Assembly: GCA_046154185.1 (NCBI GenBank)
Contig: JBJXGE010000068.1
Span: 5,178-69,177 of the forward strand
Direction of reading: 5' to 3'
Source of the DNA: Planctomycetota bacterium
Lineage (GTDB): Bacteria > Planctomycetota > UBA8108 > UBA1146 > JAJFFE01
DNA length: 64,000 bases
The notes beneath the pieces were generated by a model. It saw only the letters and a list, made by a program, of their open reading frames with translations, was not told the origin of the DNA and ran no database searches. Position numbers and translations under genes: made by a program. Below are positions 27,611-35,067 of the stretch, in pieces; position 1 is the stretch's first letter, and every line of letters begins with the position of its first letter.

Positions 27611-27634
27611 CTTTGTTGGTCGATGCGTTGAGCG

Positions 27635-29314
27635 TTACTGGGTCGTGCCGACCGTATCCATGTCGACGCCGAAGTTGGCGTAACTGCCGAGCTCTTCCAG
27701 CATCTGTTGGAATTCGGCGAGCGCGAGCACGCTCGCGTCACCGCAGAGGCCGGTCGCAGCGCTGATCATGAATCGATCGTAAACGGTCGAGTCTTCACCA
27801 CCGAGATCGAGCCCGGTCTCCAGCGCTTGGAGTCCGGCGAGCGCGCTGGTCACGAGCGACTCGTTGTAGGTGATGTTCAAGTTACCCGTTGCTTCAATCT
27901 CAAAGTCGTCGATGCGATCCACGGCGGCAAGCTCTTGTGCCATGCCAACCGAAAGACTGCCATTAATGGTGAGGTTCGAAGTCGCGCCCGACGCCTCGAT
28001 CTCGATGCGCGATCCGAACATCGCGACGAGACCATTTACTGTGAGCGACGAACTCGATTCGACTTCGAGCTCCGTCTCGTGCGAATTGGCTTCCGCCAAG
28101 CACAACACGGAACCATTGATCGTCAGGTTGGATGGGCGCCGACTACCGGTAGGTACGTAGGTGGACGACGAGTTCATGACCTCGAGGGACGCTTCTGTGG
28201 TATCGCTCGCGAGCAACACGAGGTTGCCGTTGATCGTTCCTTGCGTGCCGAAAGTGTAAAGCAGGTCGCCGCCGTCCCCATCGTAACCAAGCACATAGAT
28301 GTCGCCGGTCCAATTGAGGTTCAGGTTTTTGCGCGGTCGCGTAGTGTGCTTAATGATCAGTGTGCCGTTGCCCGTGATCGTTTGGCCGACCGTGTCGAAG
28401 ACGCGGTCTTTGCCGATCGTGCCGGCCTCGATGACCGTCACTTCCGGATCGCCGGCCGTGCCCCAGGTCGCGTTGCCGAGCACGCGGGTTGTGATCGTGC
28501 GATCCGCGCTGCTCGCAAGCGCCAGTACGGCGTCGCGCAGGTCCGTGCGGTACTGGTTCAACTCCGCGGCGCTGAGAAGCGACGAGGATTGCTGAATGAT
28601 CGGCAACTCGATCGGCCCAGCCGTTGGGTGTTCGTACGTGCTAGTGACATCGCCCGCGAGTTCGGTGCCATTAATCGTGCCGGCCGCGACCGCATTGCCA
28701 AGCGTCTCCATCACAGCCGCGTAACCCGCGGCGGACGAAAACACGAACGCGGGGTCTTCGCCGCCGTCGATCATGAAGCCGTTTGGGCTCATCCCCGGGA
28801 AGACCGGGTCGACGATTGGACCGGAAATGCTGACGGCCGATGGTTTTGGGGCCAAGATGAAGCTGGTTTCCGCTTGCACGACGCCTTGCGAGCTGCGAAC
28901 AACTAGCGGGTTCGAGAAACTCGGAACCGCGGCGAGCGCAACGATGATGTTGCGCGTGCCGTCTTGCTTCACGTAAGTGCGGTACTCGCCGACTGCCTGG
29001 CCGTTCGAGTCCGAGAACACGAGCGGCGTCGCAATTCCCATCGCGCCGAGCCCATTGCCGGTGCTGTCGGTCTGCGCTGCGACTTCTGCGAACGCAGCGT
29101 GCAAGCCCGCGTTGGCGAGATAATCAGCGCGCAGCATCGTCAACGAGTCGGAAGCGGAACGGGCGTTGACGCGCTGGACTGACAGCATGGAATCGGCCAA
29201 TATCAGCACTACCACGAGAACGATCATCACGCCGACAAGAACGCTCCCGCGTTCGCGTGAGCGTCGTTCAGCAAGAGAGTGTGAACACACGAGGACCTCC
29301 TTCGTCTTTGCCAT
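27635..29314 (-). CDS. PilX-N-terminal-domain protein fused to a large repeat (beta-solenoid-like) domain; candidate pilus tip or minor-pilin-associated protein
   Basis: The N-terminus ERGSVLVGVMIVLVVVLILADSML matches the PilX N-terminal hydrophobic segment. The C-terminal half has the recurring motifs GTINGNLVLL, LTINGSVLCL, LTVNGLVAMF and LTINGSLSVG. It is the last gene of the pilV/pilW-like operon. Confidence 0.6.
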   Translation of the reverse strand: MAKTKEVLVCSHSLAERRSRERGSVLVGVMIVLVVVLILADSMLSVQRVNARSASDSLTMLRADYLANAGLHAAFAEVAAQTDSTGNGLGAMGIATPLVFSDSNGQAVGEYRTYVKQDGTRNIIVALAAVPSFSNPLVVRSSQGVVQAETSFILAPKPSAVSISGPIVDPVFPGMSPNGFMIDGGEDPAFVFSSAAGYAAVMETLGNAVAAGTINGTELAGDVTSTYEHPTAGPIELPIIQQSSSLLSAAELNQYRTDLRDAVLALASSADRTITTRVLGNATWGTAGDPEVTVIEAGTIGKDRVFDTVGQTITGNGTLIIKHTTRPRKNLNLNWTGDIYVLGYDGDGGDLLYTFGTQGTINGNLVLLASDTTEASLEVMNSSSTYVPTGSRRPSNLTINGSVLCLAEANSHETELEVESSSSLTVNGLVAMFGSRIEIEASGATSNLTINGSLSVGMAQELAAVDRIDDFEIEATGNLNITYNESLVTSALAGLQALETGLDLGGEDSTVYDRFMISAATGLCGDASVLALAEFQQMLEELGSYANFGVDMDTVGTTQ

Positions 29315-29334
29315 TTCAGCGGTTTTCTGCAGAT

Positions 29335-29952
29335 CTATGTTCGATTTCGTAACGCGACCGTCGTCGTTGAAGTCCGTGACGCCGGGTTGGCGCCAGGGCG
29401 TGTTGGTCGCACGACTGTCAGCAGGATGGTAATCGCGTTCTGATTCAGTGCTGTGCGCGTGATCGAAAGCGCCGAAACGCCGTCGGCGATGACGATCGGT
29501 GTGCCGCCCGCTTCCGTGCGCATGAGGCGCATCTCGTCTACAAGACCATCGCCGTCGTCATCAGCGCCATTGGCGGGTAATTCGTTTTGAGCGGGCTGAA
29601 GATCGAACGTGACGTTGCCGCTCCAGTCGGCGGGGTCACCATTCATGGCGATGCGCCGCTGCAACGTGATTTGCTGAGCGGTAGTTTCCAGCCCTGGCGG
29701 ATGTGACGTGACGTGATCGACGCCGGACTCGTCGGTTCCGCTATTCGCGACATCCTCGACGATTCGCGCTACGGCCGAGCGCAGCACGCGATCAAGATCG
29801 TTCGAATACATGATCGACGCATACGAGTTGCTGGTGTCGGACATCGATTGCCAGACGGCGACAAACGCCGTGACGAAAAGCGTCAACATGACGGTGACTT
29901 CGAGTAGTGTCATGCCGCGTTCGGTTGGCCGCGCGGGCTGGTGAGGACTCAT
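29335..29952 (-). CDS. Prepilin-type N-terminal cleavage/methylation domain protein (PilW/pseudopilin-like minor pilin)
   Basis: ATG 29952 has GAGGGAG 5 nt upstream. The class III signal motif is RG|MTLLEVTVMLTLFVTAFVAVW. Confidence 0.75.
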   Translation of the reverse strand: MSPHQPARPTERGMTLLEVTVMLTLFVTAFVAVWQSMSDTSNSYASIMYSNDLDRVLRSAVARIVEDVANSGTDESGVDHVTSHPPGLETTAQQITLQRRIAMNGDPADWSGNVTFDLQPAQNELPANGADDDGDGLVDEMRLMRTEAGGTPIVIADGVSALSITRTALNQNAITILLTVVRPTRPGANPASRTSTTTVALRNRT

Positions 29953-29963
29953 AGCCACTCCCT

Positions 29964-30371
29964 CTAAGGTGCGCTGTCGGCGAGCAGTGTCGACATTTCG
30001 ACAGTGTTATCGCCAAGGATTCCGCTCCAACGCGCTATCACCGTAATGAGCAGCAGCGCTGGATTGGTGCTGTCGACGCTCACCGAACCGACCGTCGCTT
30101 CGCCGGTGATCGGTGTCAACGGCGCGGCGGTAAACGTTGCACTATCAAACGCCGGAATCGCGGCGTAGTCCGAGGCGATGATGGTTTCTAATTGAGCTCG
30201 TACTGCTTCGCGTGCGATGTCCATCTCCTGGACTGAGCTATTCGCGCGCATTGTCGAAGCGATACCGGCCGCGAGGCCGACGACGATGACGGTCAGGATT
30301 GATAGCGCTGTCACGAGCTCGATGATCGTGAAGCCTTGCGATTCCCCAAGCGGGGCGCTGCGGCGAGTCAT
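29964..30371 (-). CDS. Prepilin-type N-terminal cleavage/methylation domain protein (PilV-like minor pilin)
   Basis: ATG 30371 has GAGGGGTGA upstream; the track ORF extends to 30437. The class III signal motif is QG|FTIIELVTALSILTVIVVGLAAG. About 135 aa. Confidence 0.75.
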   Translation of the reverse strand: MTRRSAPLGESQGFTIIELVTALSILTVIVVGLAAGIASTMRANSSVQEMDIAREAVRAQLETIIASDYAAIPAFDSATFTAAPLTPITGEATVGSVSVDSTNPALLLITVIARWSGILGDNTVEMSTLLADSAP

Positions 30372-30493
30372 ACTTTTCACCCCTCTGTCTCGGCGAGCTC
30401 GACATGCTGATGCCTCGCGCTGTCGCTCGAGACTCAACGGTGCCGAGTCAAAGCCTCATCTATTCCTATCATCCTGCCACCGTGGAGGCCTTG

Positions 30494-30548
30494 CACCGCG
30501 GAGCTCGTAGCGAAGCGCGGTGTTGCAAGCGGATTGGCCACGCGTGGC
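30494..30548. promoter_or_regulatory. Inverted repeats in the divergent control region; possible activator binding sites
   Basis: CACCGCG (30494-30500), a 15-nt spacer, then CGCGGTG (30516-30522), embedded in TTGCACCGCG...CGCGGTGTTGCAA. There is also a perfect 12-nt palindrome, GCCACGCGTGGC, at 30537-30548. Both lie 60-115 nt upstream of the sigma54-like element. Confidence 0.25.
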
Positions 30549-30609
30549 TCCGGAATTTTTGTTCTTCAGGAAGAACAGCCGCGCATGGTTGTTCCGCACG
30601 ACCGCGCCC

Positions 30610-30626
30610 GGGCACGAGTTCTGCAT
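30610..30626 (+). promoter_or_regulatory. Sigma54 (-24/-12) type promoter candidate upstream of the cytochrome cluster
   Basis: GGGCACGAGTTCTGCAT compares with the consensus TGGCACG-N4-TTGCW. GG at 30611-12 and GC at 23-24 have the canonical 12-nt register. It lies about 55 nt upstream of ATG 30679, in an intergenic region. My rough composition-based estimate is about 0.3 chance hits of this quality in the window's intergenic DNA, so the call is suggestive only. Confidence 0.4.
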
Positions 30627-30678
30627 GCGGGGCGATCGCTGGCCAACAGTTCGCGGCTGGGTTGTGACGATATGACTT

Positions 30679-32094
30679 ATGAACCGTGTCGTCGCTCCGG
30701 CGAGGGAGATTCCATTGAGTTTTTTCGCGATATTGCCGGTGTTCGCGCTGTTCGTGCTCGTTCTCAGTTTGCTCGGATTCTGGCAGTACCGGATCGGCCA
30801 GGAGCAGCGCACGCACGCGCTCGCTGAGATCGAGGAGGCGCGTGATCGCGGCACTGACAAACCGCTCGCCCAGCATCCGCTCATCGATGTGCAAGCCTGC
30901 ATCGGTTGCGGGAGTTGCGTCGCTGTGTGTCCCGAGGAGGGGGTGCTCGGGCTCGTCAACGGTGTCGCGCACATTATCAACGGCGTGCGCTGCATCGGCC
31001 ACGCGCGCTGCGCGGAGGTCTGCCCAGTAAATGCGCTCTCCATCGGGCTCGGCGACATCTCCAAGCGCACGGATATCCCGACGCTGAGCGATGACCTCGA
31101 GACGTCGGTGCCTGGTATCCACATTGCGGGCGAACTCGGTGGGTTCGCGTTGATTCGCATCGCGGTCGAGCAAGGGACGCGCGCGATGGACAGTATCGCC
31201 GAGAGTCTCGGCGGCGAGTCGAGACCGGCGCGTGCCGCCGACAACGTGGCGGATGTGCTCATCGTCGGCGCCGGTCCCGCGGGCATCGCCGCGGCTTTGC
31301 GCGCCAAGGAGCTACGGCTTCATTCCGTGACGATTGACCAGGACGACATCGGCGGGACCGTGCGCAAGTATCCGCGCCGAAAACTCACGCTCACGGGGTC
31401 GCTCGTGCTGCCGCTGTACGGACGCGTCAAACGCGAGGAGTTCCTCAAGGAAGAGTTGATCGAGTTTTGGGAAGATCTCATTGCCGAGCAAGGACTCCGC
31501 ATCAACACGGGCGTGAAGCTGCTCGGCATCGACGCGACCGATGTTGGCTTCGAAGCACGCACTTCCGCCGGGCCCGTGCGCGCGCGACGTGTCTTGCTCG
31601 CGCTCGGCCGCCGCGGCACACCGCGCCGACTCGGCGTGCCGGGCGAAGAGTCCGAGCGCGTGCTTTACCAACTCATCGACGCGGCGACGTTTCGCAACGA
31701 GCGCATCCTTGTCGTCGGTGGCGGCGACAGCGCCGTCGAAGCGGCGACCGCGCTCGCGAATCAGCCCGGCAATCACGTCACGCTTTCGTATCGGCGCGCC
31801 CATTTCACGCGACTCAAGTCGCGCAATCTCGAGCGCATTGAGCGCTACATGAAACACCAGCAGGTGCAGGTGATTTTCGACTCCGACGTCACGGAGATCG
31901 AAACCGGCGCGGTGAGACTCGTGCGGCGCGAAAACGGCACGACACGCACCGTGCAAGTCGCAGCCGACTATGTGTTCGTGCTCGTGGGCGGCGAACCGCC
32001 TTATCCGTTGCTGCGCGAGATGGGCGTGCGATTCACCGGCGACTCCGCCGGCTCACCGCTGACGAGTGCAGCTTCCGCTGCCGAGTCGAGCTGA
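30679..32094 (+). CDS. Membrane-anchored 2x[4Fe-4S] ferredoxin-domain / FAD- and NAD(P)-binding oxidoreductase
   Basis: N-terminal TM helix (FFAILPVFALFVLVLSLLGFW). Two ferredoxin Cys clusters, CIGCGSCVAVCP and CIGHARCAEVCP. Two dinucleotide folds, VLIVGAGPAGIAAAL and ILVVGGGDSAVEAA. The start is ATG 30679, or TTG 30715 with AGGGAG 7 nt upstream. Confidence 0.8.
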   Translation: MNRVVAPAREIPLSFFAILPVFALFVLVLSLLGFWQYRIGQEQRTHALAEIEEARDRGTDKPLAQHPLIDVQACIGCGSCVAVCPEEGVLGLVNGVAHIINGVRCIGHARCAEVCPVNALSIGLGDISKRTDIPTLSDDLETSVPGIHIAGELGGFALIRIAVEQGTRAMDSIAESLGGESRPARAADNVADVLIVGAGPAGIAAALRAKELRLHSVTIDQDDIGGTVRKYPRRKLTLTGSLVLPLYGRVKREEFLKEELIEFWEDLIAEQGLRINTGVKLLGIDATDVGFEARTSAGPVRARRVLLALGRRGTPRRLGVPGEESERVLYQLIDAATFRNERILVVGGGDSAVEAATALANQPGNHVTLSYRRAHFTRLKSRNLERIERYMKHQQVQVIFDSDVTEIETGAVRLVRRENGTTRTVQVAADYVFVLVGGEPPYPLLREMGVRFTGDSAGSPLTSAASAAESS

Positions 32095-33259
32095 GAGGAC
32101 GAGACGCCCAGTGCAGCCGCCACTACCCGCGCACCAGGACGATTCGGAAGACTTGCCGATCGTGCTGCTCCCGGACGACGACGAGTACGACGATCTCGTC
32201 GCGTCGGTGGCGACGGCATCCATTGTCGCCACGATGCAAGAACTGGCGGAAGTGCGACCGCATGCATCGCCCGCGCGGCCGCCGGCTCCGGTCGTCGAGC
32301 GCATCGAAGTCGGCACCGAAATCGATGGGCTCGCGCAGCTTTCGGATGAGATCGACCATGAGGTCGATGACGAGCTGCGCCGCGAGGCGCAAGTTTCGTT
32401 GCGGCGCATGGCGCGCGTCGCCGTGGTGCTGCTCCTGTCGATGCTCGCACTCCTCTTCGTGATCGCGCGCCCCTACTACCAGCTCGCGCCCGCGGCGAAA
32501 CCGTTTCACCACTTGCATGACGCGTTGCGGTCGTCCGGAGCGCTCGGCCTTGCGCTCGGTGTCGGCGGCACGGGGCTGATGGCGGCCAGTTTGGTGTACT
32601 TGATTCGCAAGCGTTACGTCTGGCGCGGATTCGGCACCGTGCGTGAGTGGTTGAACTTCCACATCGTCGCCGGAGTGCTCGGCCCGACGCTCGTGCTTTT
32701 TCACGCAAATTTTCACCCGACCAGCGCGGTCGCATTGTTCGCGCTCATCGCGATGATGATCGTCGTCGCAAGCGGCGTGATCGGGCGCTATGTGATCGTG
32801 CACATGCCGCACTCGCTCTCCGGGCGCGAAGTCGAAATCGAGGAACTGCGCCGTCGCCTCGTCGTGTACCGCCAGAAGCTCGAAGAACTCGGCGTCGATA
32901 GCGAGCTGTTGCGCGCCTCCGGCGTGCACATCCACATCGACCGACCGTGGTGGTTTCCGCGTCCGCTCGGGCGTTGGCTGGATCAGCAGCGAGGGCGGCG
33001 GCTCGCCATCCAGCAATTGCAGGAATCGCTGCGCGCGCGCGGCAATTCCGACATCAACGCGCGGCGCGTCATGGTGCTGGCGCGCCGACTCTATCGCGAA
33101 CGGGCGTGGCTAGTCTGGTACCAGAAGACCCGCGCGGTGATCGCCTCGTGGCGTTTTCTGCATCGTTGGCTTGCCATCACACTTTTGGTCGCGGTCGCCT
33201 ACCACATAGTGCTGGCGACGAAATATGGACAGCTGTGGATCTTTGGAGGTGGCCGCTGA
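32066..33259 (+). CDS. Polytopic membrane protein with two H-x13-H pairs in TM helices; candidate di-haem b transmembrane electron carrier (PepSY-TM/FoxB-like)
   Basis: FH(199)IVAGVLGPTLVLFH(213) is at nt 32660-32704 and LH(366)RWLAITLLVAVAYH(380) is at nt 33161-33205, each with exactly 13 residues between the His. There are about 5 hydrophobic helices, and LHRWL resembles the PepSY-associated TM motif. The start is ambiguous: GTG 32066, GTG 32111, ATG 32234 or ATG 32408. Confidence 0.55.
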   Translation: MQLPLPSRAERTRRPVQPPLPAHQDDSEDLPIVLLPDDDEYDDLVASVATASIVATMQELAEVRPHASPARPPAPVVERIEVGTEIDGLAQLSDEIDHEVDDELRREAQVSLRRMARVAVVLLLSMLALLFVIARPYYQLAPAAKPFHHLHDALRSSGALGLALGVGGTGLMAASLVYLIRKRYVWRGFGTVREWLNFHIVAGVLGPTLVLFHANFHPTSAVALFALIAMMIVVASGVIGRYVIVHMPHSLSGREVEIEELRRRLVVYRQKLEELGVDSELLRASGVHIHIDRPWWFPRPLGRWLDQQRGRRLAIQQLQESLRARGNSDINARRVMVLARRLYRERAWLVWYQKTRAVIASWRFLHRWLAITLLVAVAYHIVLATKYGQLWIFGGGR

Positions 33260-35067
33260 TGCTGCTGCATCCAAGAACGCTGCTATTGGTCGGGGGCTTG
33301 AGTCTCGCGGGGCTCGGCCATCTGTTGTTCGTCGCTTCGCCGTTGCCGGGCAATCTGGCCCAAGCGCACTCCCGCATCGCCGGGCTCACCGACTCGACGA
33401 GTTGCGCGACCTGCCACCGGGCTGGCGGAGTCAACGATGGGTGCCTCAGTTGTCATACGGAAATTGCGACGCAGCTGAACGAGCGCTCGGGCTACCACCA
33501 TTACTTGCTGGCCGATGAGCCACGTCAGTCTTGCGGCGATTGCCACGCAGAGCACAACGGACACGACTTCCCGTTGATCAGCGATATCTCGTGGGGCGCA
33601 CAAACGGCGGCCGCGTTTCGGCACCCGCACGTCGACTTCGGTTTGCACGGCAAGCACGACACGCTCGCATGCGAGAAGTGCCACACGCCGGACTTGAAAC
33701 TCGTCCTGCCTGGGTTTGCGACCTTGCCGCGCGATGAGACGCTACTGGGTCTCTCACAAGATTGTCGCGCGTGCCACGCCGACTTCCACACGGATGGTCT
33801 CACGCCGCCGTGCGGAGCGTGTCACGGTCAGGACTCGTTCCAACCGCCCGTGCATTTCGATCACGCCGTCCATTTCCCGCTCACGGGTGGCCACGCGAAA
33901 CTCTCGTGCGACAACTGTCACCGTTTCCCCGCGTCGACGCCTGTGCCCGCCGTAGCGTCGGATCACACGTTGGCGGTAAACGTGACACCCGCTCTTTCGC
34001 ATCCGCCGGCGCCGAGTCGGCTGCTCCCATTTCCATTTGATGATGTGCGCGGCGGGACCTGCGGCGAATGCCATCCGACGCCGCATCGCGTCGATTTCAG
34101 CGAAGCTTGCGAAGTGTGCCATTCGACGCACGATCCGGTGTGGACGAACGCGGCGACGGCGATGACACCGGAGCGGCACGCGTCGACCGGTTTTCGACTG
34201 GATCCGCCGCATGCCGAGGTCGCTTGCATCGGTTGTCACCCTGCGGATCTTGTGTTCAAGGAACGGCATCCCGATCCGCGCGCACCGGGATATGAGCGGC
34301 GCCAAGATAACTGTCAAGGTTGTCACACGGATGCGCACGGCGGCCAGTTTCGCGGCCGTCACGACGGTTGTCTCGACTGCCACGACCCACATGCGTTCAC
34401 GCCACCGATATTCGGTCACGCAGCGCACGCAAGGCTGTTTGCGTTGACCGGCGCGCACGCCGCCGCGTCGTGTGATGCGTGTCACAAAAAGGAAAGCGCG
34501 CTCGCTGTTCGCCAGTTCGTCGGCACGCCGCACGAATGCCAGGTTTGTCATCAGGATCCACACGCCGGTCAGTTCTCGGTCGAGCTTGCCAGCGGCGATT
34601 GCAACTCGTGCCACGACGGCACCTCGACCACGTTTTCGATTCGACCGTTCGATCACCAAGCGCGCACCGGTTTCGCGCTCACCGGCGCCCATGCGCAGGC
34701 GGATTGCGTCGGCTGTCATCGCGAGCAGTCTTTCGAGCACGCGGGTTCGACCGTGAAGGCCCGGCGCTATCGCGACACGGCAACCGAGTGCCAGTCCTGC
34801 CACAAGGATGTCCATCGCGGGCAATTCGCCGACTACGACGCGTGCACGATCTGCCATAAGTCAGAGTGGAAGTGGACCGACGTGGTCTTCAACCACAACG
34901 AGCAATCGCGCTTCCCGCTCGAAGGCGCGCACCGGCGCGTACCGTGCACTGGTTGCCATTTGTCCTCAGAAACACCGGACGGCGATGTCGTCGTCCACTA
35001 CAAACCGCTCGGACGCGAGTGCAAGGATTGTCATGCGATACCGCCGAACCCCGTCCGCGATCGCTAG
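33259..35067 (+). CDS. Multihaem c-type cytochrome, 20 CXXCH sites, with an N-terminal signal or anchor helix
   Basis: The start ATG 33259 overlaps the upstream stop (TGATG) and has GGAGGTGG upstream; the track ORF 32947 is over-extended. The N-terminus is MLLHPRTLLLVGGLSLAGLGHLLF. I counted 20 CXXCH sites (CATCH, CLSCH, CGDCH, CEKCH, CRACH, CGACH, CDNCH, CGECH, CEVCH, CIGCH, CQGCH, CLDCH, CDACH, CQVCH, CNSCH, CVGCH, CQSCH, CTICH, CTGCH, CKDCH). Confidence 0.92.
   Translation: MLLHPRTLLLVGGLSLAGLGHLLFVASPLPGNLAQAHSRIAGLTDSTSCATCHRAGGVNDGCLSCHTEIATQLNERSGYHHYLLADEPRQSCGDCHAEHNGHDFPLISDISWGAQTAAAFRHPHVDFGLHGKHDTLACEKCHTPDLKLVLPGFATLPRDETLLGLSQDCRACHADFHTDGLTPPCGACHGQDSFQPPVHFDHAVHFPLTGGHAKLSCDNCHRFPASTPVPAVASDHTLAVNVTPALSHPPAPSRLLPFPFDDVRGGTCGECHPTPHRVDFSEACEVCHSTHDPVWTNAATAMTPERHASTGFRLDPPHAEVACIGCHPADLVFKERHPDPRAPGYERRQDNCQGCHTDAHGGQFRGRHDGCLDCHDPHAFTPPIFGHAAHARLFALTGAHAAASCDACHKKESALAVRQFVGTPHECQVCHQDPHAGQFSVELASGDCNSCHDGTSTTFSIRPFDHQARTGFALTGAHAQADCVGCHREQSFEHAGSTVKARRYRDTATECQSCHKDVHRGQFADYDACTICHKSEWKWTDVVFNHNEQSRFPLEGAHRRVPCTGCHLSSETPDGDVVVHYKPLGRECKDCHAIPPNPVRDR

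Noticed and set aside
30523-30540. Sigma54-like element on the minus strand (TGGCCA-ATCCGC-TTGCA) upstream of the pilV-like operon
   Set aside because: The spacer between the -24 and -12 blocks is one nucleotide too long (GG to GC is 13 instead of 12), and the -24 block is TGGCCA. Sigma54 promoters tolerate spacing changes poorly.
32947-33258. 5' extensions of track ORFs into upstream genes (also 5990-6160, 9408-9596, 24268-24357, 26652-26693, 26795-27058, 43117-43464, 44066-44335, 50409-50537, 51448-51567, 57166-57249)
   Set aside because: In each case the extension overlaps a well-supported upstream gene or an intergenic terminator, and it lacks motifs. A downstream in-frame start has an RBS, a start/stop overlap or the beginning of a signal peptide or TM helix.
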